Shown: one piece after another, positions 11,763 through 21,192 of the stretch
Layout of the letters: each line of letters starts with the position of its first letter
Position numbering within the stretch: the first letter of the stretch is position 1
NCBI GenBank assembly: GCA_963739305.1
Contig: CAVTZU010000017.1
Coordinates: forward strand, 32,001-96,000
DNA from: Candidatus Bathyarchaeota archaeon
Lineage (GTDB): Archaea; Thermoproteota; Bathyarchaeia; Bathyarchaeales; Bathycorpusculaceae
Direction of reading: 5' to 3'
DNA length: 64,000 nt
The notes under the pieces: generated by a model
What the model saw: the letters and a program-made list of their open reading frames with translations, nothing else
Told to the model about the DNA's origin: nothing
The model's database searches: none
Program-made: the position numbers and the translations under genes

Positions 11763-13842
11763 ATGAGTCAAGATCGGACGGTTTTTGCCGAACTTGACAC
11801 TGCACTTCAAAAAGAGTGGCTTGCAACGAACGGGTTAGGTGGCTACGCATCTTCTACGATTTTGGGCATTAACACGCGAAAGTATCATGGGCTTCTCGTG
11901 GCAGCGCTTCGTCCACCGAAAGCTCGAAGAGTGTTATTGACAAAGTTGGATGAGGAAATAACCACGAAAGACACGGTCTCGCAGCTAGGGGCCAACGAGT
12001 TCAGGGACGTTTTCTTTCCTGAGGGACACCGTTTCTTAGAGGAGTTTTCGGTTTCACCATTCCCAACCTTCAAGTATTCGGCAGCCGGTGTGGAAGTCCA
12101 GAAGAAAGTCTTCATGCCTCACGAAAAGAATTCTATCGTTGCATTGTACGACGTGTCGAATCATCGCGACGATGAAGTCACGATATGCGTTTTTCCCATG
12201 GTAAACGGCCGAGGTTTTCACGACGTCACTGACAGGAGTGTCTGTCCAGAACCTAATCAGAGACAGCACGATGACGTCATCAGCATAGCTTTCAGGAATC
12301 CTCAGTCGAGTCTGCTTATGAAGATGACAGGGAGTCGATATTTCGCCACGGGCCACTGGATTGAGAAGGTCTATCTTCGCGAGGAAGCTCGCCGTGGGGA
12401 AAGCTGTTTCGACGATTGTTATCAACCTGGATACTTTGAGGTTCATGTGAGAGCAGAAGAGAGCACAAGTTTCGGGTTTGTTGCTGTCGCCGAGGAGGAC
12501 ATGGACTCGGCGGAAAAGGAGCTGATGGACTTTTCTTCATCAATTGTTGGGCTTAAGCAACTGCATGATGAGACAAAAGAACGGGAAAGCGGATTGCTTT
12601 CAGGATTTTTTGATTCACATGAAGGACTATCGCGGGAGAACTTTCTTGAATGGATTGTTTTGGCGAGCGATTCTTTTGTGGTGATCAAGGGGAAGAAGCG
12701 AAGGAAGGTCCGTGATTGCAGGTTACCATTGGTTTGGTCCATGGGGGAGAGACACCTTCGTTTCTCTTCCCGGGTTGACATTGGTCACTGAAAAGTTCGA
12801 GGCTGCAAGAGCCATTTTTGTCGATTTTGCTGGGTTCTGTCTAGATGGACTGGTTCCAAATTTCATTCCGGATGAAAATGAGAAGGCAGCTTACAACACT
12901 GTTGATGCCACACTTTGGTACATAAACGCCGTGCTTCAATACCTAAAATACACGGGTGATTTCGAGTTCGTCAAAAAACAACTGTGGGACGTCCTGAAAT
13001 TCATGATTGAAAAACACGTTGATGGCACACTTTTTGATATTCATGTTGACGATGATGGGCTTCTCGCGCATGGTCCACAGCTGACTTGGGTGGACTCGTC
13101 GGTTGGCGGCAAACCAGTCTTTCCTAGAGCAGGTAAGGCTGTCGAGATTCAGGCCCTGTGGTACAACGCTTTGAAGACGATGGAGCTATTAGGACATAAG
13201 TTCAGAGAAGACGCACTTGCCGAAGGCTATTCTCTAATGGCTGAGAAGGCTCGCAAGAATTTTGTCGAAGAGTTTTGGATTGGTGAAAAAGGTTTTCTGT
13301 GTGACGTTGTGAATGGACAGGAGCGAGACACTTCTTTGAGACCGAACCAGATTCTTGCCGTCTCGATGGACTTCAGCATGCTTGACAAAACCAAGAGCAT
13401 GAGAATCGTGGACGTAGTTCAAAGCGAGCTTCTCACTTGCGTTGGTCTCAGAACGCTTGCGAAGAATGATCCACGGTACATCGGAACCTATTCTGGCGAT
13501 AGGGCAAGCCGAGACAGGGCGTACCACAGTGGAACGGTTTGGCCCTGGCTTCTCGGTCCATTCACAACGGCGTTTCTCAAGACCAAGGGATACGTAAAGC
13601 CTCAACGTGACTACGCGTTTGAGAATTTTCTATATCCTTTCTGGACAAAACAGATCTACACAGCAGGACTTGGATCTTTGAGCGAGATCTATGATGGTGA
13701 CCCGCCTCACGCGCCGAGAGGCTGCATCTCTCAGGCATGGAGCGTCGCAGAACCGCTCAGGGCTTATGTGGAAGACGTTTCCTTTTTCAGGCCAAAGCAC
13801 GAGCAGGAATTACTGCAGTTTTCAAGACCCAGCTTTTCTTAG
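11763..13842 (+). pseudogene. Glycogen debranching enzyme (amylo-alpha-1,6-glucosidase) with one frameshift near 12700 (probably a sequencing error)
   Basis: The N-terminal EWLATNGLGGYASST..TRKYHGLL continues in a shifted frame as IAGYHWFGPWGRDTF..YNTVDATLW..LRPNQ..AYHSGTVWPWL..GCISQAWS. Confidence 0.92.
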
Positions 13843-14853
13843 GCTTTCGGCCGCTGTCTCCGGCGTCATCGTGTTGATGTACATCCCCGTGCTCTTTTCG
13901 AATCCTGCCCAGATTGCTAGTCTTGGATAGACTTCGAGGTGCCAGTGGTACCAATCAGACGATTCTCTATCTGTGGTCAGGTGAAAACCGTAGTTGTACG
14001 GTGGATCGTTGACCAAACATTTCAACCTGCCGAGGCATTCTTTGAGTGTTTCTGCAAAGCTCTTAACTTCGCATTCTTGCATTTGGAGCAGTGACGTTTG
14101 GTGAGTCCTTGGGAATACCCAGAATTCCATGGGATTCACACTCGCGAAAGGCGTAAAGACAGCGAACTTCGAGTTCTTCAAAACCAGACGCGGGCCTTTT
14201 GTTTCTTTTTCAATGATGTCGCAGAAGATGCACTTTCTCTTCTGTTCCCAGAATCTCTTTGCCGCATCCATTTCTTCTTGAGGGATTCTGGGCACTAGGG
14301 GCGTGGCGATTATCTGACTGTGTGCGTGCGACATTGAGGCTCCTGCTTCAAGCCCATGATTGCGGAAGATCGAGACGTAACGCACGTAAGGCTGCGCAGC
14401 GAGTTCGCGAAGCCTGTCAACGTAAGCGTTGATTACATGAACCAGCTGCGGAAGTCGGGCGACCGCGGGGTTTTCGTCATGTATTGGTGATTCGACGAGC
14501 ACCTCGTGGTGACCAACCGCTGGGAGAAGGCTGCGCTCCTTGTTTTCTGCGATATCAGGTTTGTCCTGTGGCGGACAGAGTGCAGGGTAAAGGTTTGGAA
14601 CAACCCGGATCAGCCAGTTCTTGTGCCGTGAGTTGCCTAGATCATGTGTCTTTCGTATTCCATTCTTTGATTTCAAGTATAACAGTACAGCCGGCGGAGT
14701 CATGTGTTCATTGCCTGGACACATTGGGCAATCCTTGGACTTTGCTTGTTGCGTTGGTTGTTTTGCGAAGTCGGTGGGTCTCCTACTGCGGGCCGTCGCG
14801 ATCACAACCCAACGGTTGAGCAGGTAGTCTTTTCGGAGTTCGTTGAAAGTCAT
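13822..14853 (-). CDS. galT: Galactose-1-phosphate uridylyltransferase (GalT/HIT family)
   Basis: WVVIATARSRRP, CPMCPGNE, VVPNLYPAL, GASMSHAHSQ, HWHLE, AGFE. Confidence 0.92.
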   Translation of the reverse strand: MTFNELRKDYLLNRWVVIATARSRRPTDFAKQPTQQAKSKDCPMCPGNEHMTPPAVLLYLKSKNGIRKTHDLGNSRHKNWLIRVVPNLYPALCPPQDKPDIAENKERSLLPAVGHHEVLVESPIHDENPAVARLPQLVHVINAYVDRLRELAAQPYVRYVSIFRNHGLEAGASMSHAHSQIIATPLVPRIPQEEMDAAKRFWEQKRKCIFCDIIEKETKGPRLVLKNSKFAVFTPFASVNPMEFWVFPRTHQTSLLQMQECEVKSFAETLKECLGRLKCLVNDPPYNYGFHLTTDRESSDWYHWHLEVYPRLAIWAGFEKSTGMYINTMTPETAAESLRKAGS

Positions 14854-14991
14854 CGTTATCACTTAAACAAACATTAGAATACTCGCCGTGAGCATTTAGG
14901 ATTTTCCGAGGTTACTCGCGTCTATTTTGGATTCTGTGGATATTCTCACTCGGATTTTCCTTTCTTCTTTCACGAGATTTCATTGAGAATC

Positions 14992-15307
14992 GCGGTGGAT
15001 CACAGGAGATCGACGCCCAGAATCCGCTGAACCCTCATACCCCACACTCGTACCCGCGCCCCCTTGAGCGCTGAACGTCCAGACTTAGGTTGCTCCCTCC
15101 CGGGCCTGGCCAAGTTCGCCTGGTCAACATCAAAGACAGCTTCCCTACGAAAGCCGCCTAACGACCGCCAGCCCCAAGGGACGGGTAGTCTTCGCTTCGG
15201 ATATGAAGGCGTCAGCAGCCTTAAGCGCCTCAGCCCCAGCTTTCGGCCCGTCGTATAGAGGGTTTACGGTACAGGGGACCCCTACCCCCCCGCCTAAGAC
15301 CCACCGC
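14992..15307 (-). ncRNA. ffs: Archaeal SRP (7S) RNA
   Basis: Terminal helix GCGGTGGGTC/GATCCACCGC, helix-8 motif CCAGGCCCGGGAGGGAGCAA, ~316 nt; TATA (TTTTATA) on the minus strand at ~15333-15339. Confidence 0.93.
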
Positions 15308-15511
15308 AAAGCATTGTGAAGCCTTCCACAACTATAAAACTTTGCCTTGAATCAAACTGAGCTTAGAGCGTTATCTTAGCTCTTTAGGAGGTTTTTCACG
15401 ACTCACGTACGGAACTGAATAGGACAAATTCTACATGTGACAAAAAAGTCAGACTTTTATCCTTGAATCCCTATGTTCTGAAATTCCATAGGAAATCGGC
15501 GAGTTGCTCTG

Positions 15512-16672
15512 ATGGAAAAACGCGTGTGGATGATCTACACTACGCACATGTTCGTAGAGATCTACCTGTTCATACAAGTAGCGATGATTCCTGTTCTCGT
15601 GCGTGAATTTAATCTGAGCCTTTTTGAAGCTTCGTTGATCGCAACGGTTCCAAGCATAGCTGGGCTCTTGATGAACATTCCTTCAGGTTTCCTTGCGGAT
15701 CGTCTCAGCACAAACCAAATGCTGTTTGCCAGCATGATCATAGAAGGAGTTTCAGCCTTAGTGGTTAGCCAAACAACCAGTTTCTGGATGCTCGTGGTGG
15801 GCGTATCGTGCATGAAGGTTGGCTCTCCCATCTACCACGTGTCAGGTCTCAGTCGAATAAGCAGGATCGTCAAGCCTGAACAGCTCAGCAGATCCGTTGG
15901 ATTTCACAATGCTATGGGAAGTCTGGGCTCGACTGCAGGTCTCGTCAGCCTAACCATCTTCTTGTCGACAACAGGGTGGAGGTGGACCTACCTGGTCTGG
16001 TCCTTTCCGATTATCGCGTGGGGATTCATCCTACTAATGTCTTCACAGCTTAAGATCAAACAGCCCCGAATCCGGACGAACGGTTCATACAGAAGGTTCT
16101 CCAAACTCGTTTTGGTACTTTCCCCTGCACTCTTGGTTTTTCTGGCGGTGATTGGGATAAGGGAAGTTGGCGCCACGGGAATTTCCACCTTCATGACCAC
16201 GTATTTCGTTGATGTTAGAAACCTTTCCGAACCAACGGCTAGTCTCATCTTTGGACTGGGCCCCGCAGTGGGGATAGTCGGTTCCCTTCTAGGAGGTTAC
16301 CTTGGGGAGAGACACGGGGCAAACAAAGCGTTGAGCTGGGTCATCGTCGGCTGTTCGATCACGCTTCTGGCGTTGTCAATGAGTTGGCAAGTCTATCTTC
16401 TTTCCTTCTTCTATCTAGCTTACGCGCTTATCAACAACGCGTTGTGGTCGCCCATGAACACGATAATTGCGCGCATTACTCCAGAAACGGACAGAGGATT
16501 GAGCTACAGCTTCTATTTCTTCACAGAAGGCTTCATGGATTCGTTTGCCCCTTCAATCGCCGCTGGAGTCATTGTGCTCTCGAGTTTTTGGAACATCTTT
16601 CCATTTACAATAGCCCTGTTCATCCTAAGCCTCGTCGTGCTTCAATTTCTTCCCCGTTTTGAACGAAAATAA
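15512..16672 (+). CDS. MFS transporter
   Basis: About 12 hydrophobic segments; GFLADRL and GYLGERHG motif-A loops. Confidence 0.9.
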   Translation: MEKRVWMIYTTHMFVEIYLFIQVAMIPVLVREFNLSLFEASLIATVPSIAGLLMNIPSGFLADRLSTNQMLFASMIIEGVSALVVSQTTSFWMLVVGVSCMKVGSPIYHVSGLSRISRIVKPEQLSRSVGFHNAMGSLGSTAGLVSLTIFLSTTGWRWTYLVWSFPIIAWGFILLMSSQLKIKQPRIRTNGSYRRFSKLVLVLSPALLVFLAVIGIREVGATGISTFMTTYFVDVRNLSEPTASLIFGLGPAVGIVGSLLGGYLGERHGANKALSWVIVGCSITLLALSMSWQVYLLSFFYLAYALINNALWSPMNTIIARITPETDRGLSYSFYFFTEGFMDSFAPSIAAGVIVLSSFWNIFPFTIALFILSLVVLQFLPRFERK

Positions 16673-16794
16673 AGAATCTTTCTCGTCCACTCGAAGTCAC
16701 TCTATGCAAAAAGTCGTTGACACGAGATAGCGGCACGGTGAGGCTTTTATGCATAAGAACACCATAAGCAAAAGGCAAGGCTTGAGGGAATTCT

Positions 16795-17757
16795 TTGAAG
16801 AACATTGGCATAGTGACAAGTGGCGGAGATGCCCCGGGCATGAACGCAACCATTCGAGCTGTGACGCGCATTGCCTATTCGAGAAATCTTCGTGTAATCG
16901 GTTTTGAGAGAGGATGGGAGGGTCTTATAAACGATGTTTTCAGGCCTTTGACACCCAGATCTGTAGGTGGAATCATCCAGCTTGGAGGGACGATCCTGCA
17001 CACTTCGAGGTGTCTCGAGTTCAGAACGCCTGAAGGTGTCAAGAAAGCTGCTGATACTCTTACATCAAAGAAAGTTGATGGGCTTGTGGTCATTGGAGGA
17101 AACGGTTCTTTTGAAGGAGCTCTGTCTTTGTCAAAGGAAACAGACGCGTCATTAGTGGGCGTGCCTGCGTCTATCGACAATGACATTTATGGTGCGGATG
17201 AAACCGTTGGCTTTGACACGGCGTTAAACACGGGTGTTGGTGAAATTGACAAGATTCGCGACACGGCTATTTCTCATGAGAGAGTTTTCATAGTCGAGGT
17301 CATGGGAAGGGCGCGAGGCTTTCTTGCAACTGCAGTAGGGCTCACGGTCGGCGCGGAGATTATATTGGTTCCAGAAGTGAAGGTTGAGGTAGGGAAAATA
17401 GTGCAAAGACTCGAGGAGAACAAGGCGAAAGGAAAGAGATCAGGGATAATTGTTGCTGCAGAAGGGATCGGAGATACGCGTCAGCTCGCGGAGCAAATTG
17501 AGAAAGAGGCAGAGACCGAGGTAAGACTGAGCGTGCTAGGCTATGCCCAAAGAGGAGGCAGTCCGACAGGCAGGAGCCGCCTCTTGGCCAACCTTTTTGC
17601 CGACAAGGCGATTGATACCCTTGTGAAAGGTGAAGGAAACAGAGTAGTCGGCTTGCACAACGGCAGTATAGAAAGTATCGATCTCGAAAAATCATGCAAG
17701 ACGGAGAAACCGCTCGATTCTTATCTGCTGCAATTGGCTTCTGTATTGTCGTCTTGA
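16795..17757 (+). CDS. pfkA: 6-phosphofructokinase, PfkA family, ATP-type signature
   Basis: TSGGDAPGMN, GGTILHTSR, GGNGS, PASIDND, EVMGR, LGYAQRGG. Confidence 0.93.
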   Translation: MKNIGIVTSGGDAPGMNATIRAVTRIAYSRNLRVIGFERGWEGLINDVFRPLTPRSVGGIIQLGGTILHTSRCLEFRTPEGVKKAADTLTSKKVDGLVVIGGNGSFEGALSLSKETDASLVGVPASIDNDIYGADETVGFDTALNTGVGEIDKIRDTAISHERVFIVEVMGRARGFLATAVGLTVGAEIILVPEVKVEVGKIVQRLEENKAKGKRSGIIVAAEGIGDTRQLAEQIEKEAETEVRLSVLGYAQRGGSPTGRSRLLANLFADKAIDTLVKGEGNRVVGLHNGSIESIDLEKSCKTEKPLDSYLLQLASVLSS

Positions 17758-17774
17758 GCTTGACCTAATCGTGG

Positions 17775-18803
17775 CTAGCCAAAGAAGATCGTTGCCAAGT
17801 CGTAGAGTTCCAGGTCTACTGTCTTCCGTTTGCCAATAACTTCGGCAAGTGGGACGGAGACTATCTTGTTGCCTTTGATAGCGACCATGCGGTCAAACTT
17901 CCCAGCATGGACGAGTTCTATTGCCGCTACTCCGAATCTGGTTGCGAGTATTCGGTCAAAGGCTGTTGGAGACCCGCCGCGCTGAAGATGACCCAGCACG
18001 ACTACACGCGTCTCGATTCCCATGCACTTTTCGATCTCTTTGCCAAGATAGTATCCAATGCCTCCGAGACGGATATGTCCAAACTCGTCGAGGCTTTCGC
18101 TGTAAACGATCTCGACTCCGCCCTGAGGCTTAGCTCCTTCGGCAACCACGATCAGGCTGAAGTTCCTTCCTCTTTTCTGTCTCTGCCTAATGGATTCGCA
18201 AACTTCATCAATGTCAAAGGGTTTTTCAGGGACCAGTATTACGTCAGCGCCGCCTGCCAAACCCGCCTCAAGAGCAATCCAACCTGTGTATCGGCCCATG
18301 ACCTCAAGGATTATGACTCTGTGATGCGTCTCCGCCGTCGTGTGAAGCCTATCCAAGGCTTCTGTGGCGATCCCGACCGCGGTCATGAACCCAAAAGTGT
18401 AGTCGGTTCCGGCCAGGTCGTTGTCGATGGTTTTTGGGACGCCGACGCATTTGAGTCCGTATTCAGCCATTTTGTGGCCTACTCCTAACGTGTCGTCGCC
18501 GCCGATGACCACGACAGCATCGATGCCCGCTTTCTTGAGGTTCTTGATGATTGTTTCAGGTCCTTTTTCTTTCTTGAACGGGTTTGTCCTAGAAGTGCCA
18601 AGAATGGATCCTCCTCTCGGAAGAAGCCCTGAAGCTGCCTTCAAATCCAAGGTTTCACGCGAGGAATCTAGAAGGCCATTCCAGCCGTCTCTTATGCCGA
18701 TGATTTCGTACCCGTAATTTTGTATGCCCTTTTTCAATATCGCTCTTATCACGGCGTTTATTCCTGGAGCATCTCCGCCTCCAGTCAAGATACCGACTTT
18801 CAT
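17775..18803 (-). CDS. 6-phosphofructokinase, PfkA family, PPi-type signature
   Basis: TGGGDAPGIN, GGDDT, PKTIDND, EVMGR, LGHLQRGG. Confidence 0.92.
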   Translation of the reverse strand: MKVGILTGGGDAPGINAVIRAILKKGIQNYGYEIIGIRDGWNGLLDSSRETLDLKAASGLLPRGGSILGTSRTNPFKKEKGPETIIKNLKKAGIDAVVVIGGDDTLGVGHKMAEYGLKCVGVPKTIDNDLAGTDYTFGFMTAVGIATEALDRLHTTAETHHRVIILEVMGRYTGWIALEAGLAGGADVILVPEKPFDIDEVCESIRQRQKRGRNFSLIVVAEGAKPQGGVEIVYSESLDEFGHIRLGGIGYYLGKEIEKCMGIETRVVVLGHLQRGGSPTAFDRILATRFGVAAIELVHAGKFDRMVAIKGNKIVSVPLAEVIGKRKTVDLELYDLATIFFG

Positions 18804-18999
18804 CTTTTTACCTTTCAACTTTCACCAAAACTCCTGAGTTAACACATTTTGTTCCTGATGACGTCTCCTGCGATTCGTTCGGCAAACCGAACCTATTCGT
18901 GCTTCTTGGATTGATTATTCAACGAGAACGGTATAAATGGTTTACATCTGTTTTAAAGCTGTATAGCGCAATACCACTTGAGAGGAACGTGAATAAACA

Positions 19000-19890
19000 T
19001 TGAGAACCGTGTCAAGCGATAAAGCGATTTTCAGTTTCAGTGTTAAGCACAAGCCAGTTGTCCGCGTCAGAGTAAATGAACTCATTGTTCTTAAGACCGA
19101 AGACGCTTTTGGCGGGCAAATAAAGAGTGACAAGGATTCCGTTGAAACGCTCGACTGGTCCAAGGTTGATGGGGCCACCGGTCCAATATTCATCGAAAAC
19201 GCTGAACCAGGCGACACTCTGGTCGTGGACATCATGAGCATCAAAATCCCTTCCAAAGGAGTTATAGTTACGGTTCCGAAACAGGGAATTCTGGCGGAAA
19301 AAAGGGTCAAGCCCTTGACTAAGATAATCAAGATACACAAAGATCACGTCGAATTTAACAAGGTCAAGCTTAAAACCAGTCCAATGATTGGAACCATCGG
19401 CGTGACTCCTAAGAGCGAAATACCCTGCGGCTCGCTTGGCAGGCACGGCGGGAACATGGATGTCAAAGAGCTGACTGCTGGAACCAGACTGTATCTCCCT
19501 GTTCTTGTCGAAGGCGCATTGTTTGGTGCTGGCGACGTTCATGTTGTACAAGCAGATGGTGAGCTCTGCGTGTCTGCGGTTGAAGTGGCCAGCGAAATAT
19601 CTCTGAAGTTTTCACTGATTAAGGGAAAGCATCCTGAGTGGCCGATACTGGAGACGAAAGATTCATACGCTTTCTTAGCTTGCGACGAGACATTGGACGC
19701 GGCTGCAAGAAACGCTACTCTGGTTGCAGTTGAGGCTTTGATGCGTGAATATGGTTGGTGCTTTGAGGAAGCCTACATGTTTGGCAGCTTGCAGGTTGAT
19801 CTTAGGATAAATCAGGTCGTGGACCCGAAGAAGGGTGTTCGAGCCGTGATTTCTAAGGATCATTTGAGACTGGCTAGTATGCTTGTCTAG
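19000..19890 (+). CDS. Acetamidase/formamidase family protein
   Basis: TGPIFIENAEPGD, PMIGTIG, HGGNMD, GDVH..DGELC. Confidence 0.92.
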   Translation: MRTVSSDKAIFSFSVKHKPVVRVRVNELIVLKTEDAFGGQIKSDKDSVETLDWSKVDGATGPIFIENAEPGDTLVVDIMSIKIPSKGVIVTVPKQGILAEKRVKPLTKIIKIHKDHVEFNKVKLKTSPMIGTIGVTPKSEIPCGSLGRHGGNMDVKELTAGTRLYLPVLVEGALFGAGDVHVVQADGELCVSAVEVASEISLKFSLIKGKHPEWPILETKDSYAFLACDETLDAAARNATLVAVEALMREYGWCFEEAYMFGSLQVDLRINQVVDPKKGVRAVISKDHLRLASMLV

Positions 19891-19960
19891 CACTGCATGT
19901 GTTTCTGCGAGAAAGGCTTTAAGTTTGTGAAATGATTAGTTTCCAGCAGAGGAGTTAGTT

Positions 19961-20179
19961 TTGACCTGTTATTTCAGACATCTGAAGGATGTTTTTGCGA
20001 AGGCTGGCATAGAAGTGACGAAGGAGAACAAACGAGACCTTGACAAGATTATCCATAAAATCATGCGGGTCGAATACAAGAATTGCCCTGACACGTGGAA
20101 AGAAGTGAAAAAGAAGCTTGCAGAAGATGAAGCGGGTTTCGTCTCAAAACTGAAGGCTGAATGGAAGGGGCACGCGTGA
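19961..20179 (+). CDS. Small hypothetical protein (72 aa)
   Basis: RBS GAGGAG before the TTG start; TATA-like TTTAA upstream; plausible helical protein with CYFRH and CPDTW. Confidence 0.75.
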   Translation: MTCYFRHLKDVFAKAGIEVTKENKRDLDKIIHKIMRVEYKNCPDTWKEVKKKLAEDEAGFVSKLKAEWKGHA

Positions 20180-20234
20180 CTTCTAATTCTCAAGAAAAAG
20201 GCAAGATTTCAAAGCAAGAATCTCATCGTTAGAT

Positions 20235-20372
20235 CTACTTCTTCTTGACCTTTTTCATCGGAGCTTCGCAGCACATCAGCTCACAGGTTGGTTCGCATCC
20301 ACAGGGTTCGTCAATGACCACGACGAGACCGCATTCTTCACATTTGTAGGATTCACCCTTTTTCTTAGCCAT
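20235..20372 (-). CDS. 45-aa desulforedoxin-like Cys-rich protein (absent from the ORF track)
   Basis: Manual translation MAKKKGESYKCEECGLVVVIDEPCGCEPTCELMCCEAPMKKVKKK; SD GGAGGTGA; TATA TTATATAT at ~20423-20430. Confidence 0.85.
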   Translation of the reverse strand: MAKKKGESYKCEECGLVVVIDEPCGCEPTCELMCCEAPMKKVKKK

Positions 20373-20853
20373 TCTAACTCACCTCCAGCTACTCTGCCAC
20401 ATTGTTTCGTGCTTTCTTAGGGATATATAACTATTCAACTGCATACCATGGTTACTGAGAAAACTTTTCCGTGCGCGCTGGACTCGAAGAAAAAACGGAA
20501 GGAATAGGTGGTTGGCTGAGGGCCTGGTCAACATGGGTTTTGAGTGTTCCGGGCTCTAAAACACCCTACCCCCCGGTCTTTTTTTCTTGCAGAGTACTGC
20601 GGATGGAGATTTTGTTAGGGCGGTGGCTGATTCTTGTCGTGGTTTCCGTTTGAATTTGCATGTTGAAGTGTGACGGAACAGATAGATTCTTGTTGCATGG
20701 AGAGGCTGGGAATCTCAGATGCTGAAGATGCTGAATAACTCTGATGTAGCACATGCAAAATTGACTTCAATCGTGGAAGCGCGCGATCTTCCTTGTCAAG
20801 GTTTGGTTCAAGGGGCAAAGTTAAATTCTAAGAGCCAGAAACACATAACGCCT

Positions 20854-21192
20854 ATGGACTTGAAAACAGCTTTGGGGGCTGCCGCAATTGCCGTTCTTCT
20901 GTTCTTCGGCATAATATTCGCATGGGCTTCGGTCTATGCAATAACACGACTATACGTTGCCGCAGCGCTGTTCGTTGTTGCGTTTGTTATCGCTTTCTTC
21001 ATTTCGAGAAAGCCTAAGACTATAGTGCAGCAGTTCGAAGTGTCTGGTGAAATGAAAGCTGTCACAATCAAGTGTCCCAACTGTTCAGGATCAATTGACC
21101 CAAACAGCATCAAAATCGTCGATGGTGTTCCCTATGCGACGTGTCCGTATTGTGGGAACAGGTTCGAGGTGACCGAGGAACCCAAATGGTGA
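20854..21192 (+). CDS. Two-TM membrane protein with C-terminal zinc ribbon
   Basis: Two hydrophobic helices, then CPNC..CPYC..EEPKW; the stop overlaps the next start. Confidence 0.85.
   Translation: MDLKTALGAAAIAVLLFFGIIFAWASVYAITRLYVAAALFVVAFVIAFFISRKPKTIVQQFEVSGEMKAVTIKCPNCSGSIDPNSIKIVDGVPYATCPYCGNRFEVTEEPKW

Noticed and set aside
15064-15258. 64-aa ORF
   Set aside because: Antisense to the SRP RNA.
20556-20590. CCCTACCCCCCGGTCTTTTTTT motif in the long intergenic region
   Set aside because: It resembles a short stretch at the SRP RNA 5' end (CCCTACCCCCC), but the match is low-complexity and I could not support any structure.
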